56,766 nt of DNA, filler included, from Mitosporidium daphniae (GCF_000760515.2; 2 parts of 2 records of this genome joined end to end with filler, not necessarily neighbours in it), one strand, 5' to 3'. Shown: positions 1-11,236, counted from the first letter of the whole stretch. The notes: generated by a model not told the origin, from the sequence alone. Translations and numbers: made by a program.

Positions 1-504
1 TCTATTTTGGAAATGTCAAAGTTTGAAGGCAGCGAAAATACAGGATATTCAAGTGGACCCAAAAGCGGTTTGAAGATCCTGGTAAAAGAATATTTTGCGT
101 GTGGATCTGAGGGCTCAGAAATGGCATTCTTTTCATACTCGCTTTTATATTTCGTCGATTTCTTCCGCTTTCCATTCAAATATGGCAGTAAATTACACCT
201 TTTTTAGGGATTTTTTGTTGATTCCACTAAAGTTCCACGACTACCTATTTTGGAGAGTCTATCGGTCCGGGATATTTGCCTTTTTACAAAAATTTTCTTC
301 CTGTGCCATTGTCATTGTATTTATCCTGGTGCTGCTGCCGATTCTTTATGCAAAATATAAAAGCGAGTATGAAAAGAATGCCATTTCTGAGCCCTCAGAT
401 CCACACGCAAAATATTCTTTTACCAGGATCTTCAAACCGCTTTTGGGTCCACTTGAATATCCTGTATTTTCGCTGCCTTCAAACTTTGACATTTCCAAAA
501 TAGA
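1..504. repeat. Perfect 152-bp inverted repeat (1-152 vs 353-504, 200-bp spacer) at the window start
   Basis: 1-152 is the exact reverse complement of 353-504; ORFs 7..207(+) and 346..552(-) share the same peptide. Confidence 0.95.
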
Positions 505-1327
505 AATATACCCATTTCCGCTCGCAAACAGCGTGTTGAAGGTATTGTGCAATTCCTTTTATCCTCTCCTTTTGCTTTGGATATTTACCTTCATCCACGG
601 CATTTTAATTGTACATGTTATGTCCATATTTCCTCTTGACTCCCACACTCAAATGCAATATGCCGCCAGTGTAATATATTCCAAATCAATCACCTTCCCC
701 AACATGATCGCAAGAGTTGTGATAAACTCTGCCCTAGAGCTGTTTATGTTGCAAATCGAGTGTAGTAGCGATCCTTCCATGGCTTCCTATGTTTTGTCCA
801 TCGTTTGGTGTGGCATGTGGTACTTTTTCAAATCCCTTTTATCGGAACTACTGCTGGACTTGAAAGATTCAAATGCACTCTTTTTGTTGGTTTGCGCCAT
901 GATGCTACTTTCTATTACCACCTCAATAGTCAAATCGAGCCGCTATATGCCTGCATTTTTCAAGTACATGACTAGCACTAGCTCATTTGATATCCTCAAT
1001 GGAGTCTTACTGTTTCTTATTGGGCTGCTTTTACTGGCATATTGCGGCGTATTTGAGGCTAATTCCTCTACTAACTTTGAGTATTTCTCGCATAAATACA
1101 TTCTCAGGGCAATCGCTCGGCTTTATTACTTTATCAGCCGAGAATTTAAAATATCGGTTTCCAAATTTATCACAATAGACTTTATGAAAATCATGGCTAG
1201 GATGAATCTGCCTTCAGGCATCACACATCCCATTTTGGCTTTGGAGCATTTTTATGCAGGTGTCAGGCCGGTATTTCTACTTTTTGATATCTGCCCAAGA
1301 TTCCTTTCAGAGTTTTTACAAGAATAA
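182..1327 (+). CDS. Hypothetical multi-pass membrane protein
   Basis: Long intronless ORF with many hydrophobic segments; first ATG after the inverted-repeat arm is 182; no family recognised. Confidence 0.6.
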   Translation: MAVNYTFFRDFLLIPLKFHDYLFWRVYRSGIFAFLQKFSSCAIVIVFILVLLPILYAKYKSEYEKNAISEPSDPHAKYSFTRIFKPLLGPLEYPVFSLPSNFDISKIEIYPFPLANSVLKVLCNSFYPLLLLWIFTFIHGILIVHVMSIFPLDSHTQMQYAASVIYSKSITFPNMIARVVINSALELFMLQIECSSDPSMASYVLSIVWCGMWYFFKSLLSELLLDLKDSNALFLLVCAMMLLSITTSIVKSSRYMPAFFKYMTSTSSFDILNGVLLFLIGLLLLAYCGVFEANSSTNFEYFSHKYILRAIARLYYFISREFKISVSKFITIDFMKIMARMNLPSGITHPILALEHFYAGVRPVFLLFDICPRFLSEFLQE

Positions 1328-1347
1328 CATAGAATACGGCGAGACCA

Positions 1348-3051
1348 TCACAATCTAAAGATATATTTGACAACATGATATTTGAGCAGTCTAAAATAAT
1401 AAAATAAATTTCGTTGCACATAGGAAAAGAAAAAGATAGGCGTGAAACTGGTCTTAAGGTCGTCAAAATTTGGTTTCAAGGCGTGTGCACAAGCAAGGCC
1501 AACTGCGGCAATATATCTCATTAGCGGATCGTGCTTTTCTGGATCAGAAAGCGTAAAGTTTAATGAAACCAGAAGATCGTTTGTTTTAAGAACTAGCAAA
1601 AGATCTCTTTGTATCGATTCAAAGATAAATGTGATGAGGCCTAGCCGTTCTGGAGTAATTAGAGGGGTAATGGATATGTTTTTAACACAAGATGAGGGAG
1701 AAGAGGAAACATTGAAGCCAAACTCAAGGGCCTTCCACGATCTGCGGGACAGGACGGAGGACAGCAGTCGATGAGCCTTTTGCCCATCCCTGGTCAATGG
1801 TTCTAATTGCTCAGAGTATCTTGAGGTAGATGATCTTGCGGGACAGAGCGTATGGAGGCTTTCAATTAGTCCTTGTTCATCCCCCTCAATGAGCGAGAGC
1901 CATAGTTTTGCATATGACTTGCGAATATCATCGGAAAGCTCTTTGTAAAGTCCATGGTCAAGAATGGCCAGTTGGTACTTTTCGCCACAAGAGGCTGGCC
2001 TGACAAGCTTGAAATTTCCAAGATGTGGATCACAATGGACCCATCCATATCTAAAAATCAAATTGGTAAAGCATCTGTTGATGGCATCCATGACCTGTGT
2101 CCTGATTGAAGAATCTTCTATTGAACACCCAAAATCATCAACAAATTCCATGACAAGCAGCTTTTTGGAACAAAACTCCAAGAGGGGCTTTGGAACACAC
2201 AGTGTGATCTGATTGCTTGATCCAAACAGAAAATTATAAAGCGACGATTGTTCTTCCAAATTCAATTCGTCAACAATTTCCCGCGTTCTTAGAGCATTTG
2301 TTGCTTCGTGCAAAAAGTCAATTTCCTTTGGAAGGTTTTCCGAAATCTCCTCAGCTAGCCATTGAAGCGTAAAGCTTGGAAACAGGTTTTTTAACACCCT
2401 AGCGAACATCCCCACTGCCTGAATGTCAAGCGGGGCAAATTTCTCGACAAGCGGATGTTGTACCTTTACCGCCACAACTTGAGATGAATCCTTCAAAACA
2501 GCGCGATGGACTTGAGCAAGCGATGCAACGCCAACGGGGATCTCATCAAACGAGGAAAACACGGCGTCGATGCTGGAAATATTTAGTGCTTGGCAAATGA
2601 CCCGATGCACCTGATCAATTGGGGTCTGAAAGGCCCTGCTTTGGAGGCACTTGAGAACTTGGCAATATTCAGACGGAACAAGGTAATCCAGTGTGGAGAT
2701 ATGCTGCCCAAGTTTGATGAAAACCCCGCCGTTTTTTTGGCACAGCTCCAAAAGTCGCATGGCTGAGCGATGATGGATGGAGGGCAGAGACCAATATTCT
2801 TGATCAAGAGAGAATTTGGCATTGCTCGTATTATGATAATGTGCTAATACTTCGGCAAATTTGTATTCAACAATAATGGCTCCAATTGTTGAAAAGACCC
2901 TGGAGTATCGCGTTGATATATCAAGATAATCTCTAGATTCGTGTATCTTGGTATTCAGGTTTTCTGCATCACTGAAAATATAGAATGATGAAAACACGGA
3001 AAGCAGCATAATTGGACGTTTGTTTTTGAGTCTGAATATCCCCCAACGCAT
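1348..3051 (-). CDS. ABC1/UbiB-family atypical kinase, ADCK1-like
   Basis: NGGVFIKLGQH, ASLAQVHRA, VAVKVQHP, HCDPHLGN and ILDHGLY motifs; basic N-terminus. Confidence 0.9.
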   Translation of the reverse strand: MRWGIFRLKNKRPIMLLSVFSSFYIFSDAENLNTKIHESRDYLDISTRYSRVFSTIGAIIVEYKFAEVLAHYHNTSNAKFSLDQEYWSLPSIHHRSAMRLLELCQKNGGVFIKLGQHISTLDYLVPSEYCQVLKCLQSRAFQTPIDQVHRVICQALNISSIDAVFSSFDEIPVGVASLAQVHRAVLKDSSQVVAVKVQHPLVEKFAPLDIQAVGMFARVLKNLFPSFTLQWLAEEISENLPKEIDFLHEATNALRTREIVDELNLEEQSSLYNFLFGSSNQITLCVPKPLLEFCSKKLLVMEFVDDFGCSIEDSSIRTQVMDAINRCFTNLIFRYGWVHCDPHLGNFKLVRPASCGEKYQLAILDHGLYKELSDDIRKSYAKLWLSLIEGDEQGLIESLHTLCPARSSTSRYSEQLEPLTRDGQKAHRLLSSVLSRRSWKALEFGFNVSSSPSSCVKNISITPLITPERLGLITFIFESIQRDLLLVLKTNDLLVSLNFTLSDPEKHDPLMRYIAAVGLACAHALKPNFDDLKTSFTPIFFFSYVQRNLFYYFRLLKYHVVKYIFRL

Positions 3052-3145
3052 TTAGTGCATACAACGAAAATATTCAATCTAAAGGAACAAAATTTGAAGC
3101 GAAATATTTACTCAAATTGGGGCTCGAGGTTTGGCATAGGCTCCC

Positions 3146-3183
3146 AAAACCCTAACCCTTAAATTTTAGGGTTGGGGGCCCAT
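3146..3183. promoter_or_regulatory. Telomere-like (CCCTAA/TTAGGG) imperfect palindrome plus GGGCCC in a divergent promoter
   Basis: CCCTAACCCTTAAA-TTTTAGGGTTGGGG at 3150-3177 between the ABC1-kinase and PRP5 starts. Confidence 0.45.
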
Positions 3184-3222
3184 GGTATGTCAAATCGGAT
3201 CAGTTAATTTAAAGAATTTAAA

Positions 3223-5781
3223 ATGCCCCAAGAAATCGATCCGCTCGATGCATTTATGAGCTCATTACAGCCACAAATCGATAAAGACCTTGCACATTCG
3301 CTTTCTGGATTTTCATCCCAAAATATAAAGCCTACCATCCAGCCTGTTATTGACGACTCTAGTAGCGACGATGAATCTGCCTTTGAGGTTGAACAGGCCA
3401 AGGCAATCAAGGCCATTGGGACGGATCCCCTGCTCTCTGCAACTCCAGAGCAAATCATGGCGTAAGTCCGCCGTTTTTATTGCCTTTTTTGCTAGAATGG
3501 CTCAGAAGAAGGCCAAAAAGAAAGATGTTCTGTCCATTGACCATTCGGCTATTGAGTATGGGTCTGTAAGAAAAAATTTTTATACCGAAACCACGGAGCT
3601 CCAAAATCTTAGTGAAGAAAAGGTGCGAGCCATTCGCCAGTCGCTTAACAACATGAGGGTTAAGGTATCTTTTACGCCGTCGATTTTTCTAGGGCCAGAA
3701 TATTCCAAAGCCGTTCCTAAAGTGGACACAATGCGGGTTGCCTCAAAAAATGTTGGGTTTTCAGATTTTTATGTCGTAGGTTGGACATCTTACGAGGATT
3801 TCTAAACTTTGACAAACCGACTCCAATTCAATCTCAAGCAATCCCGGCTTTGATGTCTGGGCGAGACGTGATTGGAATAGCCAGAACCGGTAGCGGAAAA
3901 ACAATTGCATACCTTCTTCCTTTATTTAGACATGTCCGCGACCAGCGACCAGTGTCTTCCTCGGAGGGCCCAATTGCCCTTGTTTTGACGCCCACCCGTG
4001 AATTGGCCGTCCAAGTAGGTGGGGAAACCAAAAAGCTGGCACATGCTTTTGGTGTCAAGGTTGTTTGTGCGTATGGCGGTTCATCGATTAAGGACCAAAT
4101 TGGAGAGCTGAAAAGGGGTGCTGAAATTCTGATCAGCACTCCAGGGCGGCTCATTGATCTTCTTACGGCAAATGCTGGCCGTGTATTAAACCTACGAAGG
4201 GTCACTTTTGTGATTATTGATGAGGCCGATAGGATGTTTGATATGGGGTTTGAGCCACAGATTACAAAAATCATGGAGCTTATTCGTCCTGACAAGCAGG
4301 TTGGGATGTTCTCGGCTACGTTTCCTCGAGCAGTAAGCATCCCCTTTAATATGGCCCCTTAGATGGAACAATTGGCCAAAAAAATATCCACTCGTCCCAT
4401 CGAAATAATGGTTGGCGGTCGAAGCACTGTAAATACAGACATCATACAAGATGTCCGAATCGTTCCGGAAGAGAAAAAGTTTTTCCTGCTGCTAGAGATT
4501 CTGGGAAAGTGGGCCGAAGAAAATACCAACAGCGACTATTCCACCAGATGCCTTATTTTTGTTGACCGGCAAGATGACGCTGACCTCTTGTTTAAAGATT
4601 TGCTAAGAAAAGGCCACATTTGTATAGCCATCCATGGCGGGAAAGACCAGTCTGATAGGGATTCTGCTTTTGTTGATTTCAAGAATGGCACAATTCCAAT
4701 TCTGATCGCTACAAGCGTTGCCTCCAGAGGTCTGGATGTTCGCGAGTTAAATCTTGTCATCAACTATGATTGTCCCAACCACATGGAAGATTATGTTCAT
4801 CGAGTTGGACGAACCGGGCGCGCAGGAAACAAAGGAACAGCGATCACCTTTATATCCCCGGACCAAGAAAGATTTGCCGTAGATATTTCTCGTGCCCTAA
4901 GCATGTCAAATGCGCCTGTTCCGCCAGCTTTGGCGCAAATGGCAAGCAGTAAGCATTGGGGTGCCCTTTTCTTTTTTAGGGTTCATGGAAAAGGTTAAAA
5001 AAAAGGAGGCGCAATATTCTGCATATGGATATGGGGGCAAGGGGCTTGAACGGATTGAAGTGGAGCGAGATAAGGCCCTCAAGGTGCAAAAATCGGTACG
5101 TTTATTTTCCATAACGATGGTCGCTAGTCATTTGGAGAAGATCTTTCGGACGATGAAGACCACCTATCTTTGTCGAAGAAGGATGCCTCTTCCTCGCCAG
5201 AGATCGATGATGGCCAGGAGCCTAAAAAGAGGCCAAAACTGGCCACCATTGGTGCTGCCGATGGATCGGCAATTTCGGGCCCATCGAAAATGTCATTGGA
5301 GGATTCCAAGCAGCTTGTGGAAGACATTGCCAGCAAGATCAATTCTCGAGTCAAGGCCTCGGAATCATCGCAGGCTTCTCTTAATCAGCTGAAGTTGGGG
5401 CAGGAAAGATTCACCCAACTTACCTCGGCCTCGTCTGGGGATGTTGTACAAGTGTTTGAGGGCGACAAAGTGCGACACTTCAAATGCGAGATCGATATCA
5501 ATGACTATCCACAATATGCGAGATGGAAAGTTACCTCTAAAGACGTGATGCTTGCAATTCAAGAGACCTGCTATTGCTCCATGGTTGTCAGAGGAACGCA
5601 TATTCCACAGAACAAGACAAACCCGTCTGGCGAGAGGCGCCTTCATATTGTCATTGAGGGCGATAATGAACTCTCCATATTGCGGGCAAGAAAAGATCTG
5701 CTGGAAATCATCATTGAAGCTACATCGGAGGCTCTGCTGAAGGGCGCAGGATCGGAGCCCGGCAAATATTCCATCTTATAA
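3223..5781 (+). CDS. PRP5: DEAD-box RNA helicase Prp5/DDX46, spliced (introns about 3462-3495, 3665-3692, 3752-3779, 4333-4362, 4949-4979, 5096-5127)
   Basis: IDPLDAFM, Q-motif [38 protein letters not shown]-terminal [10 protein letters not shown] and GKYSIL; 28-34 nt GT-AG introns join the ORF pieces. Confidence 0.93.
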
Positions 5782-5870
5782 ATAATTATTCTTAATGCAT
5801 AGAGGGGTGCCATATGATGCACTTAATTGCCGGGCACCCGGTCACATTAGGGATACTTTATTCAAGAATT

Positions 5871-8600
5871 CTAGAAAAAAAAAGTGCGTGAGCTACTGTT
5901 TTGAGTTCCGCCACGGGAGTCTACGATGGATCTGGTAAACGAGGAGAATCGGTTGCCAATAAAAACATGTGATAGCGAGCAAATTTGTTGATCCACCAAA
6001 GCCCAAATGTTGGTGTCAAGAAGCCCCAGCAGGGTGACCACAGAAAGCGGGCGTACTGGGGGAATCGTCATGTGTGAAAATAAAATGGACTTTAGCAGAT
6101 AGGTAATTTGGACGTTAAAGGTAGCATTAAGCGCGGCCCTATCAACCAACTTGGATTGGAGAAGAGAGAGCGACACCATGGAATACTTGCGATCCCTGTT
6201 GACGAAGTTCATAAAGTTGGGGCCAAAGACAGCATTGGTGGAAATGTAGAGAGGTATCTTTCGCCCTGAATGGTCCCCAAAAGAGGTAGAAACCGAAGCC
6301 AGCCTCCGGCGAATTATGTTTGGAGTTTGCCAACAGCTGTTCCAAAACGGACTACGCGCACGGATTCGATGGTCAAATTTTGAACTGGCCGTGTAGTAGT
6401 TGAAATCTTTAGTACACTTTCCGAAATAGTCTCCCCGACGCAAATGAATGGCAATAAATTGGCGATGCAAAGAAGCTTCGGCAATCAGAAGGGCGGTCAG
6501 TCTTTTGATTTCGGGACGCGGAATCAGATAGGATCGAATGCTGGCGTACTTGTGCGACATAAAAAAGTCTTTATATTGGAGCTGTGGATAGGTCACTTCA
6601 GTTCCAAAGTTGTAGAACTGGAACATATTGCCGAGCAGCAAAAACTGCGATGCATTATACAGTGTGGAATAGCTGTCCAAAAAACCGGATTTTGACGAGT
6701 TGTGGCCTGGACTCTCGTCTACATATGCAAGTGAGGGGAGGAAAAGAACATCGTGATAATATTCAAGAGTTTGGTTGGGCGAAATATTAATGCTATTGAA
6801 GGCAGAACAAGCGTGAATCGTTCCTAAAAGGGACCTGATTGTGTTTCTATAAGACGACCAGACGATTTTAAGCGGCCTGGTGCTTTGCTGCTTCTTGATG
6901 TATGCGGAAAAGGCCAATGTTTCAAGAATGTTGGAAAAGTTGTATTCATCGATGACAGAACAAATGGGGTTTTCATTGAAACGATCCGAGTCAAAGTAAA
7001 TGCCGAATGGGTTCCACCGAAACTTGGAAACCTCAAATAGAGCCAGGTTGGCGGATCGCTCCTTTTTGTAGCCGATTTTGGGCAAAGGCAGGATTCTGTT
7101 CAGCTTCTGTGCAATGGCACATGCAGACATCAGCCCCTGGACCTGGTTATTTAGCTGCTCCCACGGGGCAAAGAGCAAAAATTTAAGCTTATCCTTTTGG
7201 AAATCAAGAGCCACCTGCAATAGCGATAATATGGACGGTATGTGGACAACAACATCTCGCCTACGGTACATTTCCTTTGAGGAGACGCTTTCCCAATTGA
7301 TGACGTCAAAAATCCCGTTGCGGGTGGTGTACTTTTCCTGCCAAGAGAGGTACAAAGGAAATGGAGAAAGCCCCGGGCTTTGGCGCCCAGCTTGATGGTC
7401 TGGGACGCCCCCGATGATTTTGATAAGATTTTGGTAGATTGCCTTTTTGATGCCGGTGGGAAAGATCTCAATGACCGTTGCATTTGGCCGCATCCATAGC
7501 GAATGGATCATGCTAGCTCCATGAACAGCAATCAGGATGTCGGAATGGTAAGCCGTTGCTATCTGCTCCTCAATAGACAGGGTTTCCAGAGAAATCACAT
7601 TTATCTTACAAGGAAGGGCACGGAGGGCAGATATAAGTGCATCCAAATTGAGCATAGCTCTCGAGGCATTTTCGGGCCTTTTAATAAGCGTGATAACTGG
7701 AATAGAAGAGAGACGTCCGCTCCGATCTTTGTCGTCCATCAGGCTATTAAATATCAGCTCACGGGTCAGTTTGATTGCAGTGTTCCTTCTACCTATACGG
7801 CTTTCGGGATCGTTTTGCGCATTTTGGATGTTTGTAATTTTGAGCTCTGGAACTTTGAAATGATCGGAGGAGCCCAGAAGGAGGGTTCGGAAAACTCTTG
7901 AAGCCGGCAATTGGGAAGGAAACATCGGTTCGATCGAAAAGTCGGTCACCGATCTTAATATCTTCTCAAACGGAAGCTTGTCATCAAGCCGGTTTTTCCG
8001 AACGGTGTCTGCGCCTTGTAAAAGGTATTCGCTGTGGGCATAAAAGTACTTGAAGTGCGTGGGATTCGAAAAATTTGTCAGTTGAAGCTCCAAGGCAGAA
8101 AATACCGATGAAGCGGCCGAATAAAACACGCGCATAATATTTCTCCACAGGGGCATGCCAAGCAGAGAGGGTTCCTCGATCGCCACCATTTGACCCCCCA
8201 GCGCTTTGCTAAGCGAGTGGGGACTGTAGTGGATAAAAATGGGGATGAATATGCGTTCAATATCTTTATCGGTCTTCACAAACCTAGCAAGCTGAAGATG
8301 ATATGAAGTGGCATTAAAAACACCTGATGAGAAAGAAAGTGCATCAAACCATGCAATTGGAGACAAAAACCCAATGCCAAGTTTGATGGGCCTTGGCACC
8401 GTATCCAACGGGGATTGCAACAGCAAATGTAGGGATCCATTAGAAGCAGCAGATTGGTACAGATTGGTCAGTTTGCACGCACCAAACCACTCTAAGCAGC
8501 TGACTTTGGAAACAGCAATGCCATCCAATGGGTCAGAAAGAGCCTGGGCATCGCCAAGGACGAAACACAACAGCAAAACTGCGAAGCCATGGACTTTCAT
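5871..8600 (-). CDS. Secreted/luminal glycosyltransferase fusion: GT61 domain plus O-fucosyltransferase-like domain
   Basis: Signal peptide; GT61-like EQI..DILIAVHGASMIHSLWMRPNATVIEIFP; O-FucT-like QLNNQ..LNRILPLP, AIHLRRGD, DQQICSLSHVFIGNRFSSFT. Confidence 0.8.
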   Translation of the reverse strand: MKVHGFAVLLLCFVLGDAQALSDPLDGIAVSKVSCLEWFGACKLTNLYQSAASNGSLHLLLQSPLDTVPRPIKLGIGFLSPIAWFDALSFSSGVFNATSYHLQLARFVKTDKDIERIFIPIFIHYSPHSLSKALGGQMVAIEEPSLLGMPLWRNIMRVFYSAASSVFSALELQLTNFSNPTHFKYFYAHSEYLLQGADTVRKNRLDDKLPFEKILRSVTDFSIEPMFPSQLPASRVFRTLLLGSSDHFKVPELKITNIQNAQNDPESRIGRRNTAIKLTRELIFNSLMDDKDRSGRLSSIPVITLIKRPENASRAMLNLDALISALRALPCKINVISLETLSIEEQIATAYHSDILIAVHGASMIHSLWMRPNATVIEIFPTGIKKAIYQNLIKIIGGVPDHQAGRQSPGLSPFPLYLSWQEKYTTRNGIFDVINWESVSSKEMYRRRDVVVHIPSILSLLQVALDFQKDKLKFLLFAPWEQLNNQVQGLMSACAIAQKLNRILPLPKIGYKKERSANLALFEVSKFRWNPFGIYFDSDRFNENPICSVIDEYNFSNILETLAFSAYIKKQQSTRPLKIVWSSYRNTIRSLLGTIHACSAFNSINISPNQTLEYYHDVLFLPSLAYVDESPGHNSSKSGFLDSYSTLYNASQFLLLGNMFQFYNFGTEVTYPQLQYKDFFMSHKYASIRSYLIPRPEIKRLTALLIAEASLHRQFIAIHLRRGDYFGKCTKDFNYYTASSKFDHRIRARSPFWNSCWQTPNIIRRRLASVSTSFGDHSGRKIPLYISTNAVFGPNFMNFVNRDRKYSMVSLSLLQSKLVDRAALNATFNVQITYLLKSILFSHMTIPPVRPLSVVTLLGLLDTNIWALVDQQICSLSHVFIGNRFSSFTRSIVDSRGGTQNSSSRTFFF

Positions 8601-8685
8601 AAAAAGTTAGCCCATCAATAAAAGCATAAACAACTTCCCCTTAAGGCATGCGGCCAACAAGGGGGCAGCGCATTCACGCTTGAAA

Positions 8686-9192
8686 ATGAAAACATTCGGG
8701 CTTTTAAATTTTAAAATCTTGACAAACATAAGTGCTGCGCACATCAAAACCGAGCTGGTCTTACTGGACCGAATCATGTGGAAAATCAGGAACCAGCACC
8801 GCAGGAGCCACCTGTTCAAGAAGCTTTCCATGTTTCGCAAAAAGGTCGTGCATGTTCAAAGTCTTTCGCCTGCCCTTGAAAAAATCCTGGCCTCTTTACT
8901 GGCAACCATTGAAGATAACTTGAGCCGATACCAGCTCGTTCCGTTGAGCGTGGTGGTTTTGGGCGTAATATCTAGGATATTTAGCCTTCTAAAGCAGCTG
9001 GAAAACGCGTCCACACTTGAGGAGGATATTGGCAGCCCCGTTTGCACCGAAGAGCGCCTTGCTTTATCGGCACAGCCGATTTCGTCCCTCGGGGGAGGCA
9101 AACGCAAATCTCGGCCCCACAAAAAGCCAAAAAACGGCAGTACTGACGAAATCGATCAAATTTTCGGCACGCTTGATAGTAAAGTTCAATGA
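8686..9192 (+). CDS. RMP1: RNase MRP protein subunit Rmp1/NEPRO-like
   Basis: WKIRNQHRR motif, LSVVVLGVISRI helix, basic tail ending DEIDQIFG. Confidence 0.6.
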   Translation: MKTFGLLNFKILTNISAAHIKTELVLLDRIMWKIRNQHRRSHLFKKLSMFRKKVVHVQSLSPALEKILASLLATIEDNLSRYQLVPLSVVVLGVISRIFSLLKQLENASTLEEDIGSPVCTEERLALSAQPISSLGGGKRKSRPHKKPKNGSTDEIDQIFGTLDSKVQ

Positions 9193-9229
9193 TTTAATAA
9201 TTAAACAAATACAATAAGACTATTCCCTC

Positions 9230-11128
9230 TCAGGAGGACTCTCCGCCTCTGGTTGAGTTGATCCAACAAAGCATCAATTCGACTTGAAGCAAATGTGATT
9301 TTGGCAGCCCAGAGATTTCAATATAGCCAGGAACGGTGCTCTGAAAATGGCCGCCATCTTTACCGCCATCTTTACCGCCATCTTTACCGCCATCTTTATC
9401 ACCATCTTTACCGCCATCTTCATTTCTCTCTCGCTCTAGAAAGTCAATTTTTACACCGGTTTGTCGCACAATTCTTGCAAAGTCGCAATGGTGCACGCTT
9501 GGGAACCTGTTTTTGATGGTAACCTTTTCTTTCAAAATCTCCATATGAGGGAGATGGGAGTATAGTAATCCAGGGCAGTCTGGGGTGCCGGGCCCGGTTG
9601 GGATCGATGCCGGCTCACTTGAAGCGCAAAGTTCAGCAGAGTTGTATGGGCTGTCAACACAGGAACATCGTTGGCGAGTGCTCATCGTGACGATTGATTT
9701 CCACGATTCAATTAGGGCTTGTTTGACATTTGCAACGGACTCTTTGCAAATATTGTAAATGCTAGAAGATATGACAACCTCCCAAGAAGGAGAGCTCATG
9801 TACCTGGGGAAAGATACACGAACAGAACCGTTGCCAAATGTTTTCAAAATCGACTGAAGTCGGGCCCCAGCAATTCCAATCATCGGCGAGTGGAAACATC
9901 TTGGAATTAAAATCGTTGCACTATAAACGGGTTTTTGGAGAACAAAAGTTGTCGATTTTTCTTCCGGCATTTTTTGTACATTTTCAACAGAAAACAGGCG
10001 CAAGAAAAACATAACCAAATCAATGCCTTCACGATCGCCAAATAAAACAAGTTTGCTTTGTAAACTGTGCATCTGAATATTAACAAAAGTCTGCTCTGAA
10101 AGGGTTTTAACATAATGCATCCCGAGTTTCTCCAATCTTCGCAAGGCTTCGGTGTTCAACAATACTTCCGATGTGGTGAGGACGCATAGCTTAAATAGCA
10201 ATTCTCGTCGAGCAGAAGCGACGTCCAATAAAATTGAATCTGTCGGCATCTCTCCAAGCGCAACACTGTGCAACCAACTTTGCAAAACAGGCTTTGAGTT
10301 TTCAATGTAATTTTTTTCAGACGTGGCGATTTCTCCGTTCGATGCACCCAATAAATCTATGATCAGGGAATCGGATTTTATAACAACGCTTATTTTCGAG
10401 GCGTCATTGAAGCTTTTGAGCTTCTTTTTGGCAATTGAAGATATAATGGCCTCGTAATCTATTTTTGGCTTCAACCCCGAAAAGGGGATAAAGATTTTCG
10501 AAATGGCATATGTTTCCTTTGAAATGTTATCTAAACTGGGCTTTTTGTAAATGTCAAGAGATTTTTGTCGTTCAGCCTGGTCCTTTTGCATTGGTGAGCT
10601 TGAAGTGGGGGATCCCGCAAAAAAGCCCGGGGGCGGACCTAAAGTGATGGTTTGTTTTTGCTTTTCCATAGAAGCCTCGAGAGATTGCGATAAAGGTGAT
10701 AGCGGAGGAGAGATTCCCAAAGTGATGTTCTGTGCTTTTGTTTTGGTGACATAAGGGGGTGAAAACTCCAATGGAAGGCCCCATATTTCAGACAGGATGC
10801 TATTGGTGTTAAACTCATCATCTTTAAACAGCCTCTCACAGGGATGCGAGTCGCTTAAAGAGGGTTCGAAATGATGACTTTGACCCAAAGATTGTATAGA
10901 ACCTGCTGCATTTTGTGATTGGGGTTCATTAAGAAGCCCTTTGGGGCTAAAATGAATGTTTTGGTCGCTTGGCTGGAATAAATGACGGTTATATGGCGGA
11001 AATTGTGCATTGACCTCCTGCTTGGGCACGCGAAAGTTTTCTTTAGGCATCTTGGAAAGTTTAGGCGAGCTACCATCATTATTATTAAGGCGGTATTGAC
11101 GATCGGAATCATCCCTAGACTTGGACAT
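9230..11128 (-). CDS. KH-domain RNA-binding protein
   Basis: ILIPRCFHSPMIGIAGARLQSI (KH IGxxG) followed by VRVSFP; disordered N-terminus. Confidence 0.6.
   Translation of the reverse strand: MSKSRDDSDRQYRLNNNDGSSPKLSKMPKENFRVPKQEVNAQFPPYNRHLFQPSDQNIHFSPKGLLNEPQSQNAAGSIQSLGQSHHFEPSLSDSHPCERLFKDDEFNTNSILSEIWGLPLEFSPPYVTKTKAQNITLGISPPLSPLSQSLEASMEKQKQTITLGPPPGFFAGSPTSSSPMQKDQAERQKSLDIYKKPSLDNISKETYAISKIFIPFSGLKPKIDYEAIISSIAKKKLKSFNDASKISVVIKSDSLIIDLLGASNGEIATSEKNYIENSKPVLQSWLHSVALGEMPTDSILLDVASARRELLFKLCVLTTSEVLLNTEALRRLEKLGMHYVKTLSEQTFVNIQMHSLQSKLVLFGDREGIDLVMFFLRLFSVENVQKMPEEKSTTFVLQKPVYSATILIPRCFHSPMIGIAGARLQSILKTFGNGSVRVSFPRYMSSPSWEVVISSSIYNICKESVANVKQALIESWKSIVTMSTRQRCSCVDSPYNSAELCASSEPASIPTGPGTPDCPGLLYSHLPHMEILKEKVTIKNRFPSVHHCDFARIVRQTGVKIDFLERERNEDGGKDGDKDGGKDGGKDGGKDGGHFQSTVPGYIEISGLPKSHLLQVELMLCWINSTRGGESS
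9350..9420. repeat. 12-bp coding tandem repeat (CCGCCATCTTTA, about 6 copies) encoding KDGG
   Basis: Directly visible; matches DGGKDGDKDGGK in the minus-strand ORF. Confidence 0.9.
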
Positions 11129-11236
11129 TTTTAATTTTATAAAAATTTCAAGTTTATTTAATTAAACGTGGCCAATCAAGACAGACGGGTAAAATGTACC
11201 AAATGAATGGGCACATGCCAACAAAGGGGGAGGGGG

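Noticed and set aside
1..504. 152-bp perfect inverted repeat as transposon TIR or hairpin telomere
   Set aside because: One arm lies inside a coding ORF and the other at the sequence end with 100% identity, typical of a fold-back chimera or assembly artefact; no transposase nearby
3223..5781. Fragmented ORFs as pseudogenes, frameshifting or an alternative genetic code
   Set aside because: All breaks are resolved by tiny introns under the standard code
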